The notes under the pieces were generated by a model. That model was not told the DNA's origin, did no database searches, and saw only the letters and a list, made by a program, of their open reading frames with translations. From a candidate division WOR-3 bacterium (GTDB lineage: Bacteria > Hydrothermota > Hydrothermia > LBFQ01), in the NCBI GenBank assembly GCA_015492295.1, contig WGFI01000019.1:1-61457 (forward strand): 61,457 nucleotides of DNA, in the 5' to 3' direction. The position numbers were made by a program, and so were the translations under genes. Within the stretch, counting starts at the first letter, position 1. Each line of letters starts with the position of its first letter. This document shows positions 27,324-37,013 of the stretch, in pieces.

Positions 27324-28221
27324 TTCTCCTCAGATTTCTCTTTATACCCTTTAACTTCGCCCTCATTATGGGTGTTCCTGAGAAGCGCTCCCTGAACTCC
27401 CTCTCGCTCATGCTCACCAAATCCTTAATGCTTATCCTTTTAAAAATATCAAGCTCCGGAAAGAGTCTGTTGGATTCCGTTGGGGATCTTTCGTTCCAGG
27501 GGCATACCTCCTGACATATATCACATCCGAAAATCCAGCCATGAGTATCCACAGGTATATCATCTCCCTTGTACTCTATGGTCCAGTAAGATATGCACCT
27601 TCTACTATCAACCACCCTACCCTCCACTATGGCACCCGTAGGGCATGAATCAACGCACCTGGTACATTTCCCGCAGAAGTCATACTCAAAGGGTTGATCG
27701 GGTACCAGTTCAAGATCGGTTAAAAAACCTCCCAAAACGAAGAAGGATCCGTACTTCGGACTTATGAGCATTGAATTCTTACCTATCCAACCTATACCCG
27801 CCACCCTCCCCAAACTCCTTTCAAGTATGGGTAGAGAATCGGAAAATACCCTATAACTTCCACCGTACCTCTCCTTACATTCCCTTACGAACCTATTGAG
27901 AATCTTTTTGTATATCCTATGATAATCCCTACGCGTAGAGTACCTTGCAAACTTCAAAACCCCCACCCTACCCTTACCGTAGTTTAAAACGCACAGGACG
28001 GCGTACTTGCATCCTGGGAGTAGTTTCTCCACATTCAGTCTGATTTCGGCCGTATCCTCCATATATGACATATCGGCATGATAGCCTTTTCTCAACCATC
28101 GCAGAAAGACCTGTGCATCATCCTTAGGCGGAAAGCCCTTTAATGATGCGATACGAACATCATCAAAACCCATAAACTTCAATCGCTTTTTTATCCAGAC
28201 GGTTATATCCCACGCGTTCAT
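27301..28221 (-). CDS. queG: Epoxyqueuosine reductase
   Basis: 306 aa. 4Fe-4S motifs CGKCTRCVDSCPTGA and CDICQEVCPWN, and CISYWTIE. Confidence 0.85.
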   Translation of the reverse strand: MNAWDITVWIKKRLKFMGFDDVRIASLKGFPPKDDAQVFLRWLRKGYHADMSYMEDTAEIRLNVEKLLPGCKYAVLCVLNYGKGRVGVLKFARYSTRRDYHRIYKKILNRFVRECKERYGGSYRVFSDSLPILERSLGRVAGIGWIGKNSMLISPKYGSFFVLGGFLTDLELVPDQPFEYDFCGKCTRCVDSCPTGAIVEGRVVDSRRCISYWTIEYKGDDIPVDTHGWIFGCDICQEVCPWNERSPTESNRLFPELDIFKRISIKDLVSMSEREFRERFSGTPIMRAKLKGIKRNLRRIIVESSS

Positions 28222-30224
28222 TTTATCATAAGTGCCCTTATGAACTGTCCCTTTGGTTTATACCTCTTTATCATAGATGAGCATTTCAATGCCTTATCCA
28301 AATCCCCGGATTCGTCGTATATGATTTCAAGTATATATAGAGCCTCAAAACCGCCAACCCTTAAAGCGTATTTCGCCAATCTCTCAGAATTTTTCATATC
28401 CCCATTTCTAAGATAATATGCAGCTGCTATTATAAAACTTTTATCATCAAGCTTACACCTTCTTCTCAAATTCTCAAAATAGGTTAAAAAACTGTCGGGC
28501 TTTTCATAATAGAGATAGAGGAGCCTTTGGTTGAAAAACCTACGATCGCAGGGCATCAATTCCAAAAGCCTTTCCAGAATGTATAAACCCTTTTCCTTAT
28601 CATAACTCAACATTCCTAACAATTCACTGTAAGGGTTGTCTCTCCTCACCTCAAAGTTCGCCTTTACATCCCTCTTTAAGTAGAAGTAGGATACAGGTAT
28701 CAACATCAGGAAAAATAGGACCCATAATGGTATCTCGTAAAACTTCTCCCTTGAAGCGAGATAACCCGCCATTATACCGAGCAGGGCGCACCAAATCACA
28801 ACATAAATGTTCATCCTTAACACAAGGGGAATTATTATGAAGACCGAAGTTGTAAATATTCCCGATAGGATTCTCCCAAGCTTCATACCGAAAACAGTGT
28901 AGTTCGTCCTTATACCGAACATCTTATCCCCCTTGTAATCTTCAACATCCTTAACCATGAATCCGAAACCCACTCCTATAAGGGTTATCAGTACAACATC
29001 GTAGGGATATATAAGTAATGTTTTATCCTTCATCCATAATGATGCCCCCAGAAATTGACATAGTACCGCTATCATACCGAGGGTTAGAGTTGATAATAGA
29101 TAAAACCTTTTCGTTCTTAAAGGTTCAACGGAGTACGCGAAGGCCAATCCCAAAGTCGCCAAGCCCAGTATAAAAGTGTCAAAGTTTAAACATAGATAGA
29201 AAGCCGATGCCAAGACGAGCATGATTCCTGCGGATACCTTAGCCTCATATATGCTCAGCTTGCCCGTTGATACGCTCGTTTCCTTGTTATTCACCCTGTC
29301 AATCTCATAATCGTTTATATCGTTTATCAGAACTCCGAAATGATGGGATAATGTGAGTGCGATCATCAGACCCAGAATAGCCATATAATCAAACGGATTT
29401 TTAAAGGGATGAGGCCAAAGGTGTCCCGCTATCTTGTATCCCAAGAAAAATCCCACTAAGCCCATTGAAAGGTAGAACGGCAATTTTTGAATCCGTAAGG
29501 TAAATAATACGAGAGATTTTCTTCTATCGTATAGGCTGGAAATCACCATTAGTGAGAGGAATATAACGAGTAGGTTGAGCATTGAATATCTTTGGGTGTC
29601 CTCGTACATAAACGAATAGCTCCTGAAAGCGACATCATAAGAAACTTTAAATATCCATAAAAAAATGTAAGGGATGGAACCTAAGAAGAGGAGTATGAAG
29701 AAGGTTGCAAGACCTGAGATCAAGGACCTTAAAATATTCTTTGTGTGTATGAATGTGTAAAGCATTATGCCCATTATCGCCAATGTGATCTCCAACCTCA
29801 TGCCGTAGGTTATGCCTATTTTGGAGAGATCGTAAAAAGGATTGAAAAAATTCACGATTACGGTATATACCTCATTCCCGGAGAATATATACTTCAACTT
29901 ATATCCTCCACCGCTGAAAAAATCTATTATCGGAGGTAGGATTATTATGAAGGAGAATGTCGCTATGAAGCTGTAAGTTTTAAACACTTCCTTCCTTGAT
30001 ATTAAGGAAACTATTATGGAAAGTAAAAGAAATGCTGCAAAATAAAAGGAAAACTGATGGAGGAAGAAGAAAAGGAACGCCTTGTATAACGATAATTGGA
30101 AGTGCAGATTTCTCATTACCTCAAATGAACCTTCAAGCATCCCCCTCAGGATCACGGAAAGAATTATAACATAAGTCGCTTTTAAAGGATTCTGCTTATC
30201 AATGTATTCAACTATCCTGAGCAT
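28218..30224 (-). CDS. UbiA-superfamily prenyltransferase fused to an N-terminal polytopic domain and a C-terminal TPR-like soluble domain
   Basis: 668 aa. Asp-rich motifs NDINDYEIDRVN and KDVEDYKGD lie in the central membrane domain. The C-terminal ~130 aa are helical-repeat-like (YYLRNGDMKNSERLAKYAL...). Confidence 0.6.
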   Translation of the reverse strand: MLRIVEYIDKQNPLKATYVIILSVILRGMLEGSFEVMRNLHFQLSLYKAFLFFFLHQFSFYFAAFLLLSIIVSLISRKEVFKTYSFIATFSFIIILPPIIDFFSGGGYKLKYIFSGNEVYTVIVNFFNPFYDLSKIGITYGMRLEITLAIMGIMLYTFIHTKNILRSLISGLATFFILLFLGSIPYIFLWIFKVSYDVAFRSYSFMYEDTQRYSMLNLLVIFLSLMVISSLYDRRKSLVLFTLRIQKLPFYLSMGLVGFFLGYKIAGHLWPHPFKNPFDYMAILGLMIALTLSHHFGVLINDINDYEIDRVNNKETSVSTGKLSIYEAKVSAGIMLVLASAFYLCLNFDTFILGLATLGLAFAYSVEPLRTKRFYLLSTLTLGMIAVLCQFLGASLWMKDKTLLIYPYDVVLITLIGVGFGFMVKDVEDYKGDKMFGIRTNYTVFGMKLGRILSGIFTTSVFIIIPLVLRMNIYVVIWCALLGIMAGYLASREKFYEIPLWVLFFLMLIPVSYFYLKRDVKANFEVRRDNPYSELLGMLSYDKEKGLYILERLLELMPCDRRFFNQRLLYLYYEKPDSFLTYFENLRRRCKLDDKSFIIAAAYYLRNGDMKNSERLAKYALRVGGFEALYILEIIYDESGDLDKALKCSSMIKRYKPKGQFIRALMIK

Positions 30225-30537
30225 AAATCTCTATCCTGTTGGCATCGGAATACAGATCCTCAAGCGCGTAAAATTCCCTAGCCTCCGGAGTGAATATATG
30301 TACTATTACGCTTCCAAGATCCACCAAAACCCACACGCAACCCTTATCACCTTCGTACCTTCCACCGAGTTCCTCCCTCAGTTTATCGGCTAAGGATGTT
30401 ATGTGATCCGATGTATATCCCGAGGATATAACCATAAAATCGCACAATGAAGGGTTTACCTCCCTGAGATCCAATACGATCGTATCCTCAGCCTTCCCTT
30501 CATTTAAAATCCTGAGGATTTCCTTTAATAAGTTCAT
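30208..30537 (-). CDS. rsfS: Ribosomal silencing factor RsfS (iojap family)
   Basis: 109 aa (DTIVLDLREV..CDFMVISSG.. WVLVDLGSVIVHIFTPEAREFYALEDLY). Confidence 0.85.
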   Translation of the reverse strand: MNLLKEILRILNEGKAEDTIVLDLREVNPSLCDFMVISSGYTSDHITSLADKLREELGGRYEGDKGCVWVLVDLGSVIVHIFTPEAREFYALEDLYSDANRIEIYAQDS

Positions 30538-31826
30538 TACATGATTCTCAGTTCCTGGGAGTATTCGGTGGGCGGGTTGAGACTCATGTTTATATCCTTA
30601 TACTCATCGGGCAGAGATGAAAAGTCCTTGAAAAATCTATCCCTGGATTCATTTATATCGTAGTTATACACGAATTCCCCATCCTTAACCAATTGAACGA
30701 GCAAAGGTTCCCCATCTAACTTCACGCTTTCATGCGTTATAACATCCTTACGAATCTTCCCTTCCGAATTATAAAACCTATAAACCTGCTTTGATCCTCC
30801 TATAACTATCTTCCCCTTTGAAAATTTATGTTTGAACCCACCGCTATCCTCCACGAGTTTGTATATAGCTCCTATACAAGGCCTATCGGAAGGTAAAGCC
30901 ACCTCCGTTCCTATGCCGAAAGCATCGGCTACCCCATTCTTAACAACATAATCTATCTTCCACTCATCAAGATCCCCAGAAAGCACTATCTTTACATCGT
31001 TTAGGCCATTTTCATCAAACTTCCTACGGGCGTACCTTGACATCTCCACCAGATCTCCCGAATCTATCCTTATACCTGCGAGTTTCAGATTTCCTTTCAA
31101 GAGTTTTATAACTTCCACGGCCGCTTCTATGCCCGATATCGTATCATAAGTATCAACCAGGAGGATAGCGTTGTCAGGATACGCCTTTGCAAAGGAAAGA
31201 AAGGCTTCAAACTCCGAAGAATAGGTTTGAACGAACGCGTGAGCCATCGTTCCATAAACGGGTATTCCGTAGAGTTTTCCCGCTAATAGGTTTGATGTTC
31301 CGTTGAATCCGGCTATGTAGGTCGCTCTGCTCACCAGATTCGCGGCATCTTTGCCTGCGGCTCTCCTCGCTCCGAATTCCATCAAAAGCTTCCCTCCCGC
31401 GACCGAATATATCCTCGCGGCTTTGGATGCCGAATTGATTTGAAAGGCCAATCTGTTAAGTATCATGGTTTCAAGTATCTGTCCGTCTATTCTATTCGTC
31501 TTAACGACGAATACGGGTTCCCCGGCGAAGAATATCCTACCATCGGGTATCCCCCATATATCACCCTTAAATCTAAAATTTTTCAGGTAGTTGAGGAAAT
31601 CCTCTGAAAATTTCGCCAAACTCCTCAGATAGTTCAGATCCTCATCCTTGAATCTCAGCTCCGTTATAAGCCTTGCCAATTCTATCGTCCCCACCGATAC
31701 ATAATAATTCCTCTCCTTTTTATGTCTTATGCTCATCTCAAAGACGGCAAAATCGTTATACCCATCCCTGAGATAAACCTCCCCCATGGTCAGCTCATAG
31801 AGATCAGTCAGCAGGGACTCTAACAT
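30537..31826 (-). CDS. pncB: Nicotinate phosphoribosyltransferase
   Basis: 429 aa. N-terminal LLTDLYELTM, GTMAHAFV and IRIDSGD blocks. Confidence 0.8.
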   Translation of the reverse strand: MLESLLTDLYELTMGEVYLRDGYNDFAVFEMSIRHKKERNYYVSVGTIELARLITELRFKDEDLNYLRSLAKFSEDFLNYLKNFRFKGDIWGIPDGRIFFAGEPVFVVKTNRIDGQILETMILNRLAFQINSASKAARIYSVAGGKLLMEFGARRAAGKDAANLVSRATYIAGFNGTSNLLAGKLYGIPVYGTMAHAFVQTYSSEFEAFLSFAKAYPDNAILLVDTYDTISGIEAAVEVIKLLKGNLKLAGIRIDSGDLVEMSRYARRKFDENGLNDVKIVLSGDLDEWKIDYVVKNGVADAFGIGTEVALPSDRPCIGAIYKLVEDSGGFKHKFSKGKIVIGGSKQVYRFYNSEGKIRKDVITHESVKLDGEPLLVQLVKDGEFVYNYDINESRDRFFKDFSSLPDEYKDINMSLNPPTEYSQELRIM

Positions 31827-32811
31827 CGCTCAAAGATTCTTCCAGCTTTTCCAAAAGCGATTCTTCCTTTAATCTTTTCGCAACGAGTACCGCGTTGTAT
31901 ATCGCCCTTGAAGAGGATCTTCCATGTGCGACTATAACTATACCATTTACACCGATCAGAGGGGCTCCTCCGTACTCCTCAAAATCCGCCTTCGCCTTTA
32001 TGCTCTTAAACACGCGCTTCATCAGCAATGCTCCCAACAACGTTCTAGGGTCCTTCTTAACCTCCCTTTTCATAAATTCCATCACGACGCCGAGCACACT
32101 CTCTCCGAACTTCAAAAGGATGTTTCCTACGAAACCATCCATAACTATAACATCCGCTTTTGTGCTGAGGATCTCATGACCTTCAACATAACCTATGAAG
32201 TTGAAATCCCCGTTTATACCGTTCAGTATCTTTCTGGCCTTTACCACGGGTTCTCCACCTTTTACTTCCTCCTCACCTATGGAAAGTAAGGCCACCTTAG
32301 GTTTCCTTCTAAACATGACCTTGTAAAACGCCGAACCCATAAGTGCAAACTCCACCAAATGTCTATGGGATACGAATATGTTAGCTCCCATATCAAGAAC
32401 GAGATTTCTTCCCTCTTCTATATTTGGAAACAATGCACCTATGGCCGGCCTGCTTACACCCTTTACCCTACCGAGAGTGAATAACGAAAAGGCCATAACC
32501 GCCCCGGTGTTCCCCGCCGAGATGAACGCATCGCCTTCCCCTTCCTTTACCAACCTTAAACCCACCGATATACTTGAATCCTTTTTTCTCCTTATAACCT
32601 CGGAAGGTTTATCTTCATGATGAACAACCTCCGAGGCATGAACTATATGAAGTCTCCGATGACTCTTATATAGCTGACCTTTTATGACCTTCTCATCCCC
32701 TACGAGTACTATTTCTATATCTTTGTGCTCTTCAAGGACTTGGAGGGAGCCTTTTATCTCGGGTTTTGGAGCGTTATCAGTTCCAAAAGCATCTACTACT
32801 ATACGCATCAT
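31804..32811 (-). CDS. plsX: Phosphate acyltransferase PlsX
   Basis: 335 aa (RIVVDAFGTDNAP, GNTGA, VIVAHGRSS). Located downstream of rpmF, as in many bacteria. Confidence 0.9.
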   Translation of the reverse strand: MMRIVVDAFGTDNAPKPEIKGSLQVLEEHKDIEIVLVGDEKVIKGQLYKSHRRLHIVHASEVVHHEDKPSEVIRRKKDSSISVGLRLVKEGEGDAFISAGNTGAVMAFSLFTLGRVKGVSRPAIGALFPNIEEGRNLVLDMGANIFVSHRHLVEFALMGSAFYKVMFRRKPKVALLSIGEEEVKGGEPVVKARKILNGINGDFNFIGYVEGHEILSTKADVIVMDGFVGNILLKFGESVLGVVMEFMKREVKKDPRTLLGALLMKRVFKSIKAKADFEEYGGAPLIGVNGIVIVAHGRSSSRAIYNAVLVAKRLKEESLLEKLEESLSDVRVPAD

Positions 32812-32984
32812 TTAACCTGAATCGCGACCCTCCCTTTGTAGAATCCACAGTGTGGGCATGCAAAGTGGGGGAGCTTGGGTTTTCCACATGATGGACACAA
32901 CGAGAGCGTTGGGGGTATCACCTTCCAATGTGTCCTTCTCTTTCTTCCTCTTGTGGCCGATTGTCTCCTCTTTGGTGCCGTCAT
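32808..32984 (-). CDS. rpmF: 50S ribosomal protein L32 (not in the supplied ORF track, under 60 aa)
   Basis: Manual translation gives MTAPKRRQSATRGRKRRTHWKVIPPTLSLCPSCGKPKLPHFACPHCGFYKGRVAIQVK (58 aa). AAGGGGTGAG SD upstream. The stop overlaps the plsX ATG by 4 nt. Confidence 0.85.
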   Translation of the reverse strand: MTAPKRRQSATRGRKRRTHWKVIPPTLSLCPSCGKPKLPHFACPHCGFYKGRVAIQVK

Positions 32985-32987
32985 ATC

Positions 32988-33659
32988 TCACCCCTTGGTT
33001 AATGCCGCAGCCTCTAACACCTTTTCCGCGAAGAACGGTTCGGGATACGCTCCCTCAAACTCAACGACATCGTTTATCACTATCTTTGGAACGGCATGCA
33101 CGAAGTACCTATCCGCCCACTGAGGAAACTCCATAGCCTCAACCATATAACCTCTTATCTTATCGCTCGCTATCGCGAACTTGTGGGAGGTTAGTACCGC
33201 CCTGGGACAGTATGGACAGGTCGGGGTTACGAATACGAGTATAGTTATGTCTTTATCAAGATTTTTGAGTTTGTCTTCTATATCGGAAGGCAATCCGGCT
33301 TTTCCCTGCGACACCAAGGTTATACTCTCTATTAAAGCCGAGAACTCATAACCTGCGGGAATTCCGTAGAATCTCACACCGAAATCCTTCACCTTCCCAT
33401 TCTCCCTGCGCAGTATGGCCAATGCGGGAGCATCCACTATACTGTAATTCTCCGCTTCGGATTTATCAAGGACTATGTTCTTTATGGTTAGATGTATCTT
33501 ATCCGAGGTTTCCGCCAGTTCTCTAAGCAGGTTCTCCTCATCTTCGCAGTATTCGCAGTCCAAGCTCTTTTTAAAGAAGAGCAGTTCAACATCCTTGTCA
33601 AACTCGGAGGCAAACTTCTGCCTAAGAAACTCCTTATCCTTTTCCTTCAAAAATGCCAT
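32988..33659 (-). CDS. Glutaredoxin-like protein disulfide oxidoreductase (two thioredoxin-fold units)
   Basis: 223 aa. It has an N-terminal unit CEYC and a C-terminal unit TPTCPYCP, the architecture of thermophile PDO-type proteins. Confidence 0.7.
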   Translation of the reverse strand: MAFLKEKDKEFLRQKFASEFDKDVELLFFKKSLDCEYCEDEENLLRELAETSDKIHLTIKNIVLDKSEAENYSIVDAPALAILRRENGKVKDFGVRFYGIPAGYEFSALIESITLVSQGKAGLPSDIEDKLKNLDKDITILVFVTPTCPYCPRAVLTSHKFAIASDKIRGYMVEAMEFPQWADRYFVHAVPKIVINDVVEFEGAYPEPFFAEKVLEAAALTKG

Positions 33660-33669
33660 AGCAGTGGGT

Positions 33670-33678
33670 ATTATAAGG
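33670..33678 (-). promoter_or_regulatory. Putative -10 element (TTTCAGCCTTATAAT) for PDO-rpmF-plsX-pncB-rsfS-ubiA-queG unit
   Basis: Reverse complement reads CCTTATAAT, then a 10-nt spacer, then the ATG at 33659. It overlaps the stop codon of the upstream gene. Confidence 0.5.
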
Positions 33679-35437
33679 CTGAAAGGTTGGTTATAAAACC
33701 TACGGATACGAGGTTCTCGGTGTAATCTTTAAAAATGTTTATTGCGCTGTAAGGCGAGTTCGTGGATCTCCTCGCATGCGTATAAAGTAGGTAAGGTTTG
33801 AGATTTCCCTTTACGATTCTAACCCCAACTGAGATTTTAACCTCCTCATCCTTTCTTTGATATCGTTTATCTAAGGGATTATTTGTGGTATAGGTTCTTA
33901 AAGCGCCGGTTAAGGAAACGAAAGGTCTCAGCATACCTCCCCTGAATTCGGAATTTAAATTCAACGCTATGAGATTATGAGACCAATCAACATCATCCGT
34001 TATACTCGCATCCCTTACAATGCCATAAGAAACCCCACCTCCAATGTGAGCGATTTTGTCTTTCAGCTTCATATTTATGCCGATCCTGTGAAATGTTGAA
34101 GTATAAGCCTCAAAGGGGGGTTTAAAATCGTAATGACCAAACGAGTAAATAACTTTAATGTTCGCACGCTTAAAATTATACGAGGTTGAGATATTCAACC
34201 TATCGTATCTAAAAGATAACATCCTGTATTCTTTCGGATTTCCGGTGTATGTTGGCCTGATATTTCTAAGGGGAATGTAAAGGTAATAAATCTCCGATAT
34301 GAACTTTCGGTATCCACCTTTGAATCCCGCTTTGATTATGAACCTGTTCAATCCCGAATTTTGCATGTATATCTTCGCTTTACCGTCAAGATAAGCCCCC
34401 AAGTAAGCTCTCCTTCTGAAACGGTATTTATAATACAACGATGCCCCTACGGATGTTATACCATCCCCTATGCTTCTAACATTAGGATACCTATAAGTCT
34501 TCAATTGTAATGCATAGGTATCTATCTGAGGTTTGCTGTAATGATAAACATTGTCCGAGAACGAGCCTTCCAAATTCAGGCGTATTCGCAGGTTGTGTCT
34601 TTTAATTTTCCTCGTCCTCTTTACATTGGATATACGGTCGGGCAGCATATTCAAAGACGCAACATCGGTATAATGGTAATTGCTACCCAATCCCCTCCTC
34701 CTTGACTTCTTATCTATGTAGAATTTTATCGCCCCCTTTGCACCCGATACGACTATCCTATATCTATGCAGCCCCTTAGGCACATCAATGAACACCTTTA
34801 AAGGCACAGAGGCGACTATGGTATCACCTTTTGACATGAAACGGGATTTTCGTGATGCTTTCAACCGTTTTATTGATGTCTTTATGAGTCTTTTGCCTTC
34901 ATATATCTTCACCTTAGCCTTGGGATGCTCAGTCTTGTTTATAAAAGCCCTGAAAAATATATATAATCTTGTGGGTCCCTTCAATTTCACATATATACTC
35001 TTATTAACCTCGTAGTAGGTATATTTCCTATCGCCTGTCATTAGGATTATAGGGTATCCTCCTCCCTCAGGTTGAATAGGCTTCCATTTCCTGCGAACAT
35101 ATTTCATAATCTTAGCCATGACTTCAACCGTTGAGTAAAACTCGTATGAACCCCTGTATAGATGCATCCTTATATCGTTCTTTCCTTTATCAAAACGAAA
35201 TTCTGCTCTATGACCCGTCTTAGAATTTACATACCACAATTTACCACCGGAATCCGATTCTATGATCCAACGGATATTCATACCCTTTTTAACATTGATC
35301 CTAACGGGTGTATTTGGGGACAGCTGTACGTACTCCTTACTTCCCACATAAGCCTTAGGCCCTTCTATATCGGAGGTTATATTTATCCAAGCCCCAAAAA
35401 CAAACTGAGGTATAACAAATATAAGTATCCTTTTCAT
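33671..35437 (-). CDS. Very basic secreted protein, putative outer-membrane beta-barrel, last gene of the poly-gamma-glutamate operon
   Basis: 588 aa. Signal peptide MKRILIFVIPQFVFGAW. Lys/Arg/Tyr-rich stretches (KKSRRRG, KRTRKIKRHNLRIRLN, YKYRFRRRAY). The C-terminal half shows an alternating beta-strand pattern. 4-nt overlap with the upstream gene. Confidence 0.45.
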   Translation of the reverse strand: MKRILIFVIPQFVFGAWINITSDIEGPKAYVGSKEYVQLSPNTPVRINVKKGMNIRWIIESDSGGKLWYVNSKTGHRAEFRFDKGKNDIRMHLYRGSYEFYSTVEVMAKIMKYVRRKWKPIQPEGGGYPIILMTGDRKYTYYEVNKSIYVKLKGPTRLYIFFRAFINKTEHPKAKVKIYEGKRLIKTSIKRLKASRKSRFMSKGDTIVASVPLKVFIDVPKGLHRYRIVVSGAKGAIKFYIDKKSRRRGLGSNYHYTDVASLNMLPDRISNVKRTRKIKRHNLRIRLNLEGSFSDNVYHYSKPQIDTYALQLKTYRYPNVRSIGDGITSVGASLYYKYRFRRRAYLGAYLDGKAKIYMQNSGLNRFIIKAGFKGGYRKFISEIYYLYIPLRNIRPTYTGNPKEYRMLSFRYDRLNISTSYNFKRANIKVIYSFGHYDFKPPFEAYTSTFHRIGINMKLKDKIAHIGGGVSYGIVRDASITDDVDWSHNLIALNLNSEFRGGMLRPFVSLTGALRTYTTNNPLDKRYQRKDEEVKISVGVRIVKGNLKPYLLYTHARRSTNSPYSAINIFKDYTENLVSVGFITNLSAL

Positions 35438-36564
35438 ACCACTTCCTCCTCCTTTCTCGGATTCCCAAAAAATCTACCAAGGTATCCATTTATGACCAAG
35501 AATATCACGAAAGTATATGATAGAAGTAATAACCCCTGTGCCCAGACTATGTACTTATCTCTGAAAAATAGTTTCCCTTCCCCAATTTCCGGTATGGCCG
35601 CTACCACCAAAGGTAGATCGTATCTCTTAGCCAGATTCCTGAGGTGTAGAAGGTTGATCACAGGAACACCATTTTTTAGAAATTTGGCTACGAGGCCTTC
35701 CACAGGGTACTCGTTCATTGATAACTCCGAATAGACCTTGGGCCAATTCAGTCCCGCTCCAAGTGCTTCCCCTATCTCATGTGAGCCTAAGCTCGCTATA
35801 CTCCTACCTATGTTTATAAAGGCCTTTATCTTCCCTCCGCCGCGCTTCCACAAGGTGTCATACTTTATATTTATGGATTTTTGCAAGGGTAGAACTTCCA
35901 AGAGGGTGTATCCGTTTCTCTTTATTGAACTTCTAAGGATATTCCTACCTTCTTCGGGTAATCCAGCGCCTATGTCGTTATTTCCGCCGAGAGAAATGAG
36001 TAAGGATTTACTGTGTATCAGACCTTTATCGTAAAGTAATCTCTCAATATCCGGCCATGTAAAGTTAGGTATATTTGCACCCCAACTTGAAGAACCAGCG
36101 GATGAGACGAATATAGGCTTTGCTCCATAAGTTTCAACCGCTATTATCGCTGCTATGTTCAGGGCGGGAAACGAACCTGTCATGTGCAAGGCCACATAAT
36201 CCCCTTTCTTAACACCTGCATCTTTTAGAAGTTGTACTATCAATGCCGCCCAGTTTGGATTTATGCTCATCTGCTTGGCCAGGAGATCACCCGTCGTGGT
36301 TGTTATAGGGGAATCTTTAAGACCTATCAATCCGCTGAGAGATGGATCATTTACGGAATCTATCGCTATTCCTCTTTTCAACCTTTCCTCTTTTATTACG
36401 CGATAAGCTTTCAAAGTCCGTCGTGAAGCTTCAATTTTTAAATCGTAGAGGGGATCCCTTTGGGTCTTGCGCAACGAGTAAGATACACCGATCGCAACGA
36501 TTCCTATGACTCCTAAGAACGCTATCTCCGATGTATTGAGCCTGTGCTTGAAAAATATTTTCAT
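35434..36564 (-). CDS. Poly-gamma-glutamate system accessory protein (non-PgsA type), membrane anchored at both ends
   Basis: 376 aa with N- and C-terminal transmembrane helices. It is coupled between the pgsC and barrel genes. Its resemblance to the family annotated as 'poly-gamma-glutamate system protein' is from memory and was not searched. Confidence 0.5.
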   Translation of the reverse strand: MKIFFKHRLNTSEIAFLGVIGIVAIGVSYSLRKTQRDPLYDLKIEASRRTLKAYRVIKEERLKRGIAIDSVNDPSLSGLIGLKDSPITTTTGDLLAKQMSINPNWAALIVQLLKDAGVKKGDYVALHMTGSFPALNIAAIIAVETYGAKPIFVSSAGSSSWGANIPNFTWPDIERLLYDKGLIHSKSLLISLGGNNDIGAGLPEEGRNILRSSIKRNGYTLLEVLPLQKSINIKYDTLWKRGGGKIKAFINIGRSIASLGSHEIGEALGAGLNWPKVYSELSMNEYPVEGLVAKFLKNGVPVINLLHLRNLAKRYDLPLVVAAIPEIGEGKLFFRDKYIVWAQGLLLLSYTFVIFLVINGYLGRFFGNPRKEEEVV

Positions 36565-37013
36565 ACAACGACCTCTCCCCCATGAACGAGTATCAGAATC
36601 AACCTCACTATGGCGACATTCACCATAAGCATGGATAAGGTAGGAATGACACCTTGTTTATCCATCCAATAAGCCAAAAGTCCCGGGATCACGAATCCGA
36701 ACGCTTGGAGATCAAAGAGTATCTTTGATGGATATATTAAGACCAGCTGCCTACTTATATGGGAGAATATGAACCCTAAGAGAACCGCGATGAGAAGCCT
36801 CCTTCGTCCGTACAGGAGCATCTGAGTGGAAAGTAGGCGTAAGAGAAAGTACGCTATGAAAGCTACCCCTACGGTTGATATGAAGGTGAGAGGTTTTGAG
36901 GATATTACCACGAAATATCCTGGCACCACCAAACCCCCGGCTATAAAGCCGAGGACCTCCGATGAATAAAGCGAAAAAACTAAACCCAAAGCCACAGCCT
37001 CCGCGAGTATCAT
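36561..37013 (-). CDS. pgsC: Poly-gamma-glutamate biosynthesis protein PgsC/CapC
   Basis: 150-aa four-TM protein (GFIAGGLVVPGYF ... VIPGLLAYW). Located immediately downstream of pgsB. Confidence 0.75.
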   Translation of the reverse strand: MILAEAVALGLVFSLYSSEVLGFIAGGLVVPGYFVVISSKPLTFISTVGVAFIAYFLLRLLSTQMLLYGRRRLLIAVLLGFIFSHISRQLVLIYPSKILFDLQAFGFVIPGLLAYWMDKQGVIPTLSMLMVNVAIVRLILILVHGGEVVV

